A stretch of DNA of 64,000 nt from Clostridia bacterium. Its GTDB lineage: Bacteria; Bacillota; Clostridia; Christensenellales; CAG-314. Both the position numbers and the translations under genes were made by a program. The first letter of the stretch is position 1; each line of letters starts with the position of its first letter. The stretch is from positions 264 to 64,263 of the forward strand of contig CAAGHL010000060.1 of NCBI GenBank assembly GCA_900769665.1. Reading direction: 5' to 3'. This document shows, in pieces, positions 9,276 through 18,905 of the stretch. A model generated the notes under the pieces. The model was not told the origin of the DNA, did not search any database, and saw nothing but the letters and a program-made list of their open reading frames with translations.

Positions 9276-11711
9276 ATGAAAACACATTCGACATCATACA
9301 AAATACTTGCGCTTGTTGCGCTGTCGACGCTATGCTTTTGTTTGCTGTGCGCTTGCGCGCCTACCGACGACCGCCCCAACTACGAAGTGTGGAGTACCTA
9401 CAACACCACAAAGGTAATTGCGCAAACCTACAAAAACGACACCTACCAAAAGCTTGCGCCTAGTCTGTCCGTGCAAATGATGCGCGGCGAGTACGAAGGC
9501 GCGCAACTGATTGTCACGTTCAACAAGGGAAGTGGCAAGGTTACGCTGACCAAAGGCGAATTATCCGACGAAAATGGCAACAAAATCCCCGACGAGGCGG
9601 TGGCTGTGTACCGACAAATGTACACGCAAATCGACCGCAACTACAACGGCGGAACCACCTTTGTGGCAGGGGACAAAATCCCCGATATGCTTTTGCCCGA
9701 GGCAACGGCGGTGGCGTACGGCAAGGACGGCTACACGGCGGACACCAACCAAGCCTTTACGGTGGAAATTTGCTCGGACAATCTTGCCGCAGGCGTGTAC
9801 ACGGGCAACTTTGTGCTGACGGTGGACGGCGAACAAACGCTTGTACCCGTTTCCGTTACGGTGTGGGACATCGAACTTGACGGCAAAAGCGAATTTATGT
9901 CGAGTTTCCTCATCTACCGCGAATATATGGCTTACGGCGAGTACCGCAACGACAAGCAAATTACCGACAATTACGTGGAGTTTTTGACGAGATACAACGT
10001 GGATAGTTACGTCGTGCGTGACAACCACGAAGCCGAGCGTTTTAGCGAAAGCCTACAAAATTACGTCGACAACAAACGGGTAACGAGCATTGTCATCCCT
10101 GTGGACTTTCCGCTAAACTACACGGTAAGCATCACCAACACGCAGTTTAACGAGGCAATTGCCTACATCACCGAGCTTGCGCTTGCCAGCACGGAGGAGT
10201 GGTGCCTTGTCGAACACGCCTACTTCTACCCGTCTACCTACGACGAGGCGGACATCGTGCCCGAGCGCGTTGCCAAAGCGGAGGAGTTTTTCGCCGAGGA
10301 CGGACTGTACTTCCAAACCCTCGATGCGGCGGTGGAAGCGTTGCAAAACAACCAAACATACATGCAAAAGTCGGCGGAGTTGCGAGCACGTATCGAAAAG
10401 GCAATACGCAACATCCCTGCCGTGTTTACAAATGTCAACTACATTGCCGATTGGGTGGCAAACCTTACCGACGCAACCTTTTGCCCCTACGTAAGCGTGT
10501 TTGACAATTACGCTACGTTACAACGCTATCAAGACCAATCGGCAGGCGTCAACGGCAATTTGTGGACATACACTTGCAACGCAACCAACTACCCCTATCC
10601 AACGTTGGATATCGACGACGTGTCGCTTGGCATACGTGTAAACGGGTGGCTAAACAAAGCTTACGGAATCAACGGATATTTGTATTGGGCGGTAAACAAG
10701 TATTACTCCAACTTTGAAGATCGTCCCAATGCGCATGTCAATCCATACGATGACGCCTATCGAGGCGGACATAGTAACGGCGACGGTTGGTTGTTGTATC
10801 CCGGCGCATACTACGACAGCGATTACCCGTTTGCCACACTTCGTTTGGCGGCGTATCGTGACGGAGTGGACGACTACAACATGCTTACCGTGTACGAGCG
10901 CAAACTTAACGCTCTTGCAGACAAATACGGCGTGGAAATTGACTTTGCCGACTACGTAACCGACCTTTACGACAGCTTGTTTAGCGGCACAGTGGTGTAC
11001 GAAAACGTCGACCAAACGCTGTACGAGGCTCGCGCAGAGCTTGCCAAGCGTATTTTGGATTTGGACAACGCCGACAACCTACTTGTAACACGGGTGTGTG
11101 CGGATGACGAAACGACGATAAATGCGTACTCCACCCAAGCCGATGTCAAGATTGACGGCAAAAGGGTGCAAGGCACGGCTTGCGGCGAAGGCTATGTGTA
11201 CAGCGTTACCAACGGAGCGGATCGCCACACGTTTGAGATAGATACGGGTATACGCAAGGTTGATTACAGCGTTGCCGCACACGTGACGTTGGCTTGCGCT
11301 TCGGCGAAACTGTCCGAAGGTAGCACGTTTGACAAAGCAACAAACTTATTTACGATAAAAGCCATCGACGGCGAACTGAAAGACTTGTATCGACCCTACA
11401 TTCGATTGGCGGTCAACAACGTAAAGCACGGCGCAAAACTGTACTTCGAGTACGCAAATTTGTCCGACGAGGAAGTGGAAATCCGCATCCGACTGAAAAA
11501 TACCGACGGCACAAACGTGGAAGTTTCCACCAACTACTGCAAGGGCAATTCGTCAAGAAAGGTGGCGATTACCCTTGCCGACAACATCGATTGGAGCAAC
11601 GTTGCCTACGTCGAAATAAGCTTCGACAACGTGGTGTTGCGTGACGGCGCATACGTGCTTGCACTCGACCGACATATTACCCTGTCCGACCTGTGGTTGG
11701 ACGTGATGTAG
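9276..11711 (+). CDS. DUF4091 / GH123-like glycoside hydrolase lipoprotein
   Basis: Lipobox LLCAC. Motifs LWTYTCNATNYPYPT, GINGYLYWAVNKY, GDGWLLYPG and LRLAAYRDGVDDYNML match my recollection of DUF4091 (the GH123 catalytic region). Confidence 0.7.
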   Translation: MKTHSTSYKILALVALSTLCFCLLCACAPTDDRPNYEVWSTYNTTKVIAQTYKNDTYQKLAPSLSVQMMRGEYEGAQLIVTFNKGSGKVTLTKGELSDENGNKIPDEAVAVYRQMYTQIDRNYNGGTTFVAGDKIPDMLLPEATAVAYGKDGYTADTNQAFTVEICSDNLAAGVYTGNFVLTVDGEQTLVPVSVTVWDIELDGKSEFMSSFLIYREYMAYGEYRNDKQITDNYVEFLTRYNVDSYVVRDNHEAERFSESLQNYVDNKRVTSIVIPVDFPLNYTVSITNTQFNEAIAYITELALASTEEWCLVEHAYFYPSTYDEADIVPERVAKAEEFFAEDGLYFQTLDAAVEALQNNQTYMQKSAELRARIEKAIRNIPAVFTNVNYIADWVANLTDATFCPYVSVFDNYATLQRYQDQSAGVNGNLWTYTCNATNYPYPTLDIDDVSLGIRVNGWLNKAYGINGYLYWAVNKYYSNFEDRPNAHVNPYDDAYRGGHSNGDGWLLYPGAYYDSDYPFATLRLAAYRDGVDDYNMLTVYERKLNALADKYGVEIDFADYVTDLYDSLFSGTVVYENVDQTLYEARAELAKRILDLDNADNLLVTRVCADDETTINAYSTQADVKIDGKRVQGTACGEGYVYSVTNGADRHTFEIDTGIRKVDYSVAAHVTLACASAKLSEGSTFDKATNLFTIKAIDGELKDLYRPYIRLAVNNVKHGAKLYFEYANLSDEEVEIRIRLKNTDGTNVEVSTNYCKGNSSRKVAITLADNIDWSNVAYVEISFDNVVLRDGAYVLALDRHITLSDLWLDVM

Positions 11712-11721
11712 GAGGTGCGCC

Positions 11722-14700
11722 ATGAACAAAACAATAAATTTTTTGTGCGTTTTGCTTGCCGTTGTACTGCTTGCCGCTTGTTTCGCGTGCGTGGCATGCA
11801 ACAAAACAGACGACACTCCGAAGCCTCAACCGCAACCGACCGACCCCACGCTTGTTACGAGTTTTGAAAACGTTGACGATTTGTACGCCCTGACGGCAAT
11901 AGAAATCGCACCCGACGACGAGTACCGACTGAGTATTTCTACCGACAAAAGCTACGTCAGCGACGGCAACGCAAGCTTGCGGTACACGTTCGCTTCCGGC
12001 GGCTCCCACTTGTTTTGCCAATACATTGCCGACAGCCACCTGCCGCAACTCGACGTAACCAAACTAAAAGCCGTTTCGGTGGACTTTTTCAACACAAGCG
12101 ACAGTGCGCAAAACGTGACTTTGTCCGTGACGACAAGTAGCGGCGCGGCGTTGTTCAGCAAGCAACAGTCTATCTTGCCAAAGGCAAAAACGACCGTCGT
12201 TTACGACGAACTTGCCACATTTTCGTACAAGAAAAAAGCAAACGTAGCAGGATTTTCCGTACGTTTCGACGTGGAAAGCCCCGTTACCATATATGTGGAC
12301 AACATGCGCGTGACCCTTGGCGCAACAGACGTCGCACCCGACGATTTCAACGACTTTGTGGAGGGCATAAGCAACGTTCCCGAGCAAGCCGTGACGGGCG
12401 AAACGTTGGATCAAAACATTGCCTTTGTGGATGCGGTAGGCTACGCAAAACAGCTGTACAACGCTCTTGCCGACAAGTCCACGGCAAAATCGGAAAACGT
12501 GACCAAACTTGCAAATTACGAGGCTTTGGCAAACGGTTACGCCGCAGTGTACACTCCTCGCAACGACACCGATATTGTGGACAAGTGGGAGTACGGCGTG
12601 GGACTGACCGTCGGTACGGATGTCGACGTCGGCTACGGCGCAGTGTGGACAATTGCCGTCAACGCCAAACGCGACGGACAGCAAAGTTTCCGCTTTACAA
12701 ACATCGACGTGGACGGCTTCGGCGAAGTGACGTACTACGTGTACAACCCCAACGACTTCGAGCTTGGGTACAATTTGCACGGCGGTTGGCAAAGTTTCAA
12801 TGCGCAAAACGGCAAATTGGCGGCAAAAAGTTGGAGCAAAATCTCGCTCAATGCAAAACTGATAGAAAACGACACCGTCGGCGCGTTGTTTATGATTGTG
12901 TACCGCATGGACAACGGCGTGCGTTTGCCCTTTGAAGGCGTGTTTGGTTTTACCGCACTGTACGGCGTGCCTGCAAGTATCGTGGCGGCGGATGTGGTGG
13001 CGCAAATAGAAGTGCTACCGCAAACGGACGACATTACCCTTGCCGACAAACCGACCGTGGAGCAAATACGCAACAAATACGACGATTTGTCCAAGTCGGC
13101 GCGTAGTGCGGTAACCAATTACGACAAACTTGCCAAGGCGGAGCAAAAGATTGCTTCCGTCGAGGCGAAGGCGTTTGACAACGCCGTAAACGCTCTTCCC
13201 GACGTGACTGCCGACAACGCATTGGCTGTGTACAACGCCGTGCAAAGCTTGTATGCGCAGTACGAAAACTTGTCCGACATTGCCGTCGGTTTGGTGACGA
13301 GTATTGCCAAGTTGCGTGCCGTGGAAGCGGAAGTCCGCACACATATGCCGCGTATTGTCAAAGATATGGTGGACATTTTGCCCTCGGCAAGCCAAATTTC
13401 ATTGCCGCTGATGTACGACGACGTGGTGTTGGCATGCAGTTTGTTTGACGATTTGACCGCCGCCCAACAAGCCGACGTGGACAAAGATAAACTTGCCGCC
13501 CTTGCGGAGTCGGCAAGCCGCTACAAGGAACTCAAACCGTCGTTTGACAGCGACAAAATACCTACGGCGTTCCGCGGATACCAAAATTACTACCTACTTG
13601 TGTACAACCCGACCTCTTCCGCCGTGGAGTTCTTCTACCAAAGCGGCAAGGATTGGCACGGTTGTGTGCCTACGCAATTGGCGGCAAACGCATGGACTTG
13701 CATCGAGTTGGACCGCGCCGCCGCCGAGTACGGAAACATCTACACTTACCTTGGCGGCAAGGCTAGCAATCTGTCCGCCGACGGTTGGCAGTGCCGTGTG
13801 TTCGGTTTTGCCGACAGCCAAGCCGACCAAGAAGCGCTTGCCGAGTTTTACGACAAGTTGGACGGCATACCCGACGTTGACAACCTGACAATTTCCGACA
13901 GCGACCCCGTTGCCGCCGTGCGACAAGCCTACGACGCATTGTCCGACTACATCAAGAGCATAGTCGACCCAAAACGCCTTGCAAAGCTTACGCAGGCGGA
14001 AGAAAAGTTGGCGCAATTGTCGGGCGAGGAAGATTTGAGGCGGTTTCAAGATGCGGTTGCCACGCTGGGCGATACTTCCGACGGCGCGGACGTGTACAAC
14101 GCATTGTGGTTGTATGTCAACTTATCTGACGGCGTAAAAGCAAACGTTGCCGCCGACGTTAAAAACAAACTAGACGAACAAATAGTGTTGCGCGGTACGG
14201 CTTTGATTACCGAGCTGGACAGGCAAATAGAAGCATTGTACGCCGTGTGCGACTTTCCCAAAGACAACGCAACGGTTTTGGCGATGTATGAGTTGTTCAA
14301 GTATATCCCGTCGGACATCCGCAAAACGTCCGCCAACAAAACCAAACTCGGCGAGATGTACAACACGGCAATGTCGGTCAAAACGGTGTTACAACCCGAC
14401 GGTACAAGCCAAATCGACCCGACCTACGGCACGGTACACAAATTGTACGTCGGAGCCGAGCAATCGGGCAGTGCCAACCTTATGTTCAAGTTGCCAAAGG
14501 GCGTTGCCGCAAACAAAAAGATTGTGTTTTACGTCTATTGTCCGCAAGGCGCAAGCAAGGCTCGGCTGTATTTCGCCGTGGACGACGGCAGTTGGACGGT
14601 GAAGGAAAATCAGTCCGTTACTATCGCTCAAGAGGGGTGGATTCGTATCGAGTTTGACGCTAGTACCGTACAAAACGATTACGACACTTACTGGTATATT

Positions 14701-14766
14701 TACACTTCCGACAGCACTCTCGACGAACAGACAGGTTGGCTGATAAGTGACATATACGCATATTAA
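11722..14766 (+). CDS. Large surface lipoprotein with beta-sandwich (CBM-like) modules and helical-hairpin spacers; paralogous to the C-terminal half of 14832..18725
   Basis: Lipobox LLAAC. It has recurrent modules (YYLLVYNPTSSAVEFFYQSG..., VTYYVYNPNDFELGYNLHGG..., KIVFYVYCPQGASKARLYF) and helical units (VAAVRQAYDALSDYIKSIVDPKRLAKLTQAEEKLAQL). Confidence 0.8.
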   Translation: MNKTINFLCVLLAVVLLAACFACVACNKTDDTPKPQPQPTDPTLVTSFENVDDLYALTAIEIAPDDEYRLSISTDKSYVSDGNASLRYTFASGGSHLFCQYIADSHLPQLDVTKLKAVSVDFFNTSDSAQNVTLSVTTSSGAALFSKQQSILPKAKTTVVYDELATFSYKKKANVAGFSVRFDVESPVTIYVDNMRVTLGATDVAPDDFNDFVEGISNVPEQAVTGETLDQNIAFVDAVGYAKQLYNALADKSTAKSENVTKLANYEALANGYAAVYTPRNDTDIVDKWEYGVGLTVGTDVDVGYGAVWTIAVNAKRDGQQSFRFTNIDVDGFGEVTYYVYNPNDFELGYNLHGGWQSFNAQNGKLAAKSWSKISLNAKLIENDTVGALFMIVYRMDNGVRLPFEGVFGFTALYGVPASIVAADVVAQIEVLPQTDDITLADKPTVEQIRNKYDDLSKSARSAVTNYDKLAKAEQKIASVEAKAFDNAVNALPDVTADNALAVYNAVQSLYAQYENLSDIAVGLVTSIAKLRAVEAEVRTHMPRIVKDMVDILPSASQISLPLMYDDVVLACSLFDDLTAAQQADVDKDKLAALAESASRYKELKPSFDSDKIPTAFRGYQNYYLLVYNPTSSAVEFFYQSGKDWHGCVPTQLAANAWTCIELDRAAAEYGNIYTYLGGKASNLSADGWQCRVFGFADSQADQEALAEFYDKLDGIPDVDNLTISDSDPVAAVRQAYDALSDYIKSIVDPKRLAKLTQAEEKLAQLSGEEDLRRFQDAVATLGDTSDGADVYNALWLYVNLSDGVKANVAADVKNKLDEQIVLRGTALITELDRQIEALYAVCDFPKDNATVLAMYELFKYIPSDIRKTSANKTKLGEMYNTAMSVKTVLQPDGTSQIDPTYGTVHKLYVGAEQSGSANLMFKLPKGVAANKKIVFYVYCPQGASKARLYFAVDDGSWTVKENQSVTIAQEGWIRIEFDASTVQNDYDTYWYIYTSDSTLDEQTGWLISDIYAY

Positions 14767-14831
14767 AACGGCTTTAATGTAGCGTTGTACTACACAAATT
14801 ACAACAATAAACAAAAATAAGGAGAAACGCT

Positions 14832-17800
14832 ATGAACAACAAAAAGCTTTCGTTGTTGCTGTGCTTGGTTGTTGTGATCGTATGTTTGTTGGGCGCCGCC
14901 GCGTGTGAAGTAAACGCGCACGAACACGCCTATGTCGAGCATAAAGCAGTCGCCGCAACCTGTACGGAAGACGGCAACCAATTGTATTACACCTGTGAAG
15001 GTTGCGACAAAATTTTCGACGCGGACAAAAAGGAAATTTCCGCAGTGCCGACGATTAAAGCAACGGGACATACCTACACGGAACACGCCGCGGTGCTTGC
15101 GACATGCACAACCGACGGCAACGAGCTGTACTACACATGCGACGTTTGCAACAAGATTTTCGACAAAAACAAGGCGGAAATAGAAGCCGTCCCAACCGTG
15201 GCAAAGGGCGAACACGGCTACCGTGAAATCCCTGCCAAGGACGCAACTTGTACGGAAGACGGCAACGAGCTGTACTACGTGTGCGACGGTTGCAACGGTT
15301 ACTTTGACAAAAACAAAAATTCCATTACCGAAGCACCCGTGATACCTGCCAAAAACCACGCATATCACAAAGTGGAAGAGAAGTCCGCTACGTGTGAAGC
15401 CGAAGGAAATCAAGAGTATTACACATGCGACAACGGATGCGGACAATTGTTTGACAAAGATAAAAAGGAAATAACCGCAATTCCGTCTATCCCTGCAAAC
15501 GGGCATAAGTATGTCAAGCATGACGCTGTTGCCGCCACTTGCGAAATTGACGGTAACGAGGCGTACTTCTCTTGCGAAAACTGCACAAAGTTGTTTGATG
15601 TCGACAAAAATGAAATTGACAAAATCGTCATAATACCCGCAACGGGACACGCATTCGGATGGAAAAAAGACGAAGCTAACCATACGGCGGAACTGAAATG
15701 TATACACGACGGTTGTACTAAGAGTAAAGGTACGATCAAAACGAGTCTTGGCGAGGAAGACCGCTTAATTGTCGATTACGACAGTGACGGTAATTTGACC
15801 TACGACCTTAACAAATTCGGAAAGGGTTTGTTTGCCGTAAATGTCAGTTTTGACAACAAAACCATTGTTTTTGAAAATGCGCAAGCCGATACAATGACCG
15901 TTGGCATACAGCAATTGTTTGCACACTCGGTCAAAATGGGCAAAGTGTCGGTAACCATTTCCGTTAAAATGGATGAAGGACCTACGATTTACGTAGACGC
16001 GCCAATTACTCTTGCCAAACTGATAAACAACGTTGATGACCTGATTGCGATTCGTCCTACCGTTGTCGACGGTAGAGCAACCGTTACGGGCGGTGTTGTG
16101 ACGGAACAAGACGGACACAAAGTTGTCACTCGCTATTACTACGTGCTTACCGCCGAACTAGACGGCGACGAAGACGAAATGGGCGTAAAACCCGTGTTTG
16201 GCGGCGCAAGCCTTGCCGACGTCGGCTACACGAGCGGTGACGCAAAGAGCGGTTTTGTAGGCGTGTTTGACGGAAACGGTCATACTATCAAAAACTTTAC
16301 GCTTAATGTGCGCGGATTCTTCGGGCATGTGGGCGGCGGTACTATCGACAACGTCACGTTTGAAAACATCGTGTTAAACAATGCCGACAGCGCAGTTTTG
16401 GGTAAGTTGATGGACGCGACCGTGACAAACGTTACGATCAAAAATGTGGAAACGGCAGTTAAACTGTCGGATACGTCGGGCATTGTGGCTTATCACGAAA
16501 TATTCGGCAGTAAGATAAACAAGTTGAACATCGACTTGACCGACGGAAAAGCCGCAGGACATATTTTTGCAAGGCAACTTACCGACGGAACGGGCGAATG
16601 GAAAGCAAATGATTTCAGCGATATTGTCGTTAAAACCAATTACGATTTGAAGTTGTCACTTACTGCAACTCAGGCTTTGACGGACAATATTAGCGGCGTT
16701 TCGGTAAAATTCAATCCGTTTACCGTGGCTAAACCCGCCGCGGATCAAACTACCTTCTACTACACGGGACACCAACTGACGTACAACGTCACGGAAAACC
16801 CATTGTACACGGTGTCGGGCAACAAACAAACGGAAATAGGTTCATACACAGTTACGGTAACGCTTAAACCCTACGACGGACTGACGTGGGAAGACGGTAC
16901 AACCGCCGAAGTGACCTTTACGTTTGAAATTGTGGAAATGACGGATTCTGCCGCTGCGGACCTTGCGCAAGCGTTTGCAAACAAAGTGACCGCCCTCAAC
17001 GGACAATTGTTGTTGCCGCGCGACAAAACGGCGGTGGACGAGCTTGTTGCCGACTACGAAGTGTTGCACGACAAGGTAAAAGCGTTGCTTGCCGACGTCA
17101 AGACGACATTGGACGGAATGAAAGCGCAAGCCGACAAGTATACGCAGTTGGAAGTGGTGTTTATCGATCGTATTCGTACCGCACTAAAAGATTACGAAAA
17201 ATATTACATCGTATTTAACAACCACACCGACGCGGAAATCAGCGTTTTCTTTGGCGGAAACACAACAAACGGCAAATGGGGACAAACCAATCAGACAAAA
17301 ATAGCGGCTAACACTTTGGCGCAAATTGACTATCTCGCCGAGTATGCGGAAGCCGGAAATATCTACATTTATGTAAACGGTGCCGACATAAACAGCAGTA
17401 GCGGATATGTGTTCTTTGTATACGGCTACTTGGATGCGCAAGCAAATGCCGAAGCGCTAAAAGCATTTAGCGACGCTTTGAACGCATTTGAAACGGGCAA
17501 TTTGACGGTTGCCGACGAAGCAAAAGTTGTTGCGGCTCGAACCGCATACGACGCCTTGTCTGCATTTGTCAAAAAACAAGTTACAGAGGAACAACTGACA
17601 AAATTAGTTAATGCGGAAAATGAAATCCTCGTTGCTAAGGATAAAGCCGCGGCAAAGACGGTTGCGGACATGATTGACGCACTGACAAACGACAGCTCGG
17701 CGGAAGACGTGGTTGCGGCAAGCAACGCCTACGACAGACTTACCGAGGCACAAAAGGCGTACATTACCGAAGCGCAACTTGCCGTGCTAAACGCACAAGT

Positions 17801-18725
17801 CAAGCGTGTGGAAGAAGCCGTAGTGCAAGCCAAAGCCGATGTGTTCAAAACAAAGGTTGAAGCACTCGGTACGCCGACGTTCCCCAAGGATAAACATGTC
17901 GTGGAGGCGTTGGAAACGGAATACAATGCATTGGAAGAAACCGTGCAAGCCAAGTTGACCGACATAAAAGCAACTTTGGACGGGTATGTCGAAAAGGCAA
18001 GTAAATATGTGCAGTTGGAAGTGACGTTCGGTAGCGACAGAATTGTTAGCAAATTTTCGGGTTACGACACGTATTATTTGGTAATTTACAATCCGAAGGA
18101 TACGGCTGTCAGTTTCTACTATTCCGGCGAAGCCAGCAGTTGGGCGGCTTGCGGACAAACGACTTTGCCGAGCAAGAGCTACACGCAAATTGCATACGAC
18201 AGCCGTTTTGCGGCGGCAGGTAATGCGTATATGTACAGCGATGGAGGTGCAACAATCAACTTCAACGATACCGAAAGCGGTTGGATTTGCAATGTTTACG
18301 GCAGAAAAACCGAGGCTGGTGCGGAAGTTGTGATAAAGAGCTTTGGCGGAAGCACGTCTACGGATGACTATGGTATGGTTTGGAGCGGAAGCGGTGCCCT
18401 GAACACAGATAAAACGATATTCAATTTGTGGTGCGGAACACTTTCGGCTACTGATATGGCGAAGTTTTCTGAGTACAATGACGTACATTTCTTCATTTTC
18501 AACCCCAACGATGTTGATGTTAAATTCTTTTTCCAAGATGATCCAAATTGGAAAAACTCCGACATTACTACATTGAAAGCAAAAGCGTGGACGAAAGTTT
18601 CTGTCAGCGAACTTTTGGCACTGAGTGGAGTTAAAACGGTATACTTAAATGTATTGGTTGGTGATGCCGATTCTTTCGTGACCGACGGTTGGATGATTTC
18701 CGACTTCTACGGCACGGCAAAGTAA
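14832..18725 (+). CDS. Giant secreted/surface protein with N-terminal His/Cys-rich ~48-aa tandem repeats, a beta-helix-like middle and CBM-like/helical modules
   Basis: Signal peptide present. Five full repeats of H-x-Y-x3-5-ATC-x2-DGN-x-LYYTC-x2-C-x2-FD-x-[DN]K-x-EI lie at about 14920-15660. The C-terminal modules are homologous to 11722..14766. Confidence 0.82.
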   Translation: MNNKKLSLLLCLVVVIVCLLGAAACEVNAHEHAYVEHKAVAATCTEDGNQLYYTCEGCDKIFDADKKEISAVPTIKATGHTYTEHAAVLATCTTDGNELYYTCDVCNKIFDKNKAEIEAVPTVAKGEHGYREIPAKDATCTEDGNELYYVCDGCNGYFDKNKNSITEAPVIPAKNHAYHKVEEKSATCEAEGNQEYYTCDNGCGQLFDKDKKEITAIPSIPANGHKYVKHDAVAATCEIDGNEAYFSCENCTKLFDVDKNEIDKIVIIPATGHAFGWKKDEANHTAELKCIHDGCTKSKGTIKTSLGEEDRLIVDYDSDGNLTYDLNKFGKGLFAVNVSFDNKTIVFENAQADTMTVGIQQLFAHSVKMGKVSVTISVKMDEGPTIYVDAPITLAKLINNVDDLIAIRPTVVDGRATVTGGVVTEQDGHKVVTRYYYVLTAELDGDEDEMGVKPVFGGASLADVGYTSGDAKSGFVGVFDGNGHTIKNFTLNVRGFFGHVGGGTIDNVTFENIVLNNADSAVLGKLMDATVTNVTIKNVETAVKLSDTSGIVAYHEIFGSKINKLNIDLTDGKAAGHIFARQLTDGTGEWKANDFSDIVVKTNYDLKLSLTATQALTDNISGVSVKFNPFTVAKPAADQTTFYYTGHQLTYNVTENPLYTVSGNKQTEIGSYTVTVTLKPYDGLTWEDGTTAEVTFTFEIVEMTDSAAADLAQAFANKVTALNGQLLLPRDKTAVDELVADYEVLHDKVKALLADVKTTLDGMKAQADKYTQLEVVFIDRIRTALKDYEKYYIVFNNHTDAEISVFFGGNTTNGKWGQTNQTKIAANTLAQIDYLAEYAEAGNIYIYVNGADINSSSGYVFFVYGYLDAQANAEALKAFSDALNAFETGNLTVADEAKVVAARTAYDALSAFVKKQVTEEQLTKLVNAENEILVAKDKAAAKTVADMIDALTNDSSAEDVVAASNAYDRLTEAQKAYITEAQLAVLNAQVKRVEEAVVQAKADVFKTKVEALGTPTFPKDKHVVEALETEYNALEETVQAKLTDIKATLDGYVEKASKYVQLEVTFGSDRIVSKFSGYDTYYLVIYNPKDTAVSFYYSGEASSWAACGQTTLPSKSYTQIAYDSRFAAAGNAYMYSDGGATINFNDTESGWICNVYGRKTEAGAEVVIKSFGGSTSTDDYGMVWSGSGALNTDKTIFNLWCGTLSATDMAKFSEYNDVHFFIFNPNDVDVKFFFQDDPNWKNSDITTLKAKAWTKVSVSELLALSGVKTVYLNVLVGDADSFVTDGWMISDFYGTAK

Positions 18726-18740
18726 TACAAATTTTACACT

Positions 18741-18770
18741 TGACCCACCGAGTTTTCGGCTCGGTGGGTC
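18741..18770 (+). terminator. Stem-loop after the giant surface-protein gene (no clear U-tract)
   Basis: GACCCACCGAG / CTCGGTGGGTC form a perfect 11-bp stem with a 7-nt loop. The structure starts 16 nt after the stop codon. Confidence 0.5.
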
Positions 18771-18905
18771 AACTAAATTGCAAGTGTTTCGTCAAACGTC
18801 GGTCGGGCGGCGCTTGCCAAAGCACTTGACAATTACAAAACTATTGAAAACAACGTGCTTGTATGGTACAATATTACACGACAACTTTGTATCGGAGTTT
18901 TTGAC

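Noticed and set aside
14799-15707. 302-aa minus-strand ORF; also 18792..19661 (-), 12064..13005 (-), 47194..48453 (-) and 45162..46289 (-)
   Set aside because: All are antisense to long + strand genes with clear domain content. Their Cys/Val/Arg-rich compositions have no recognisable motifs.
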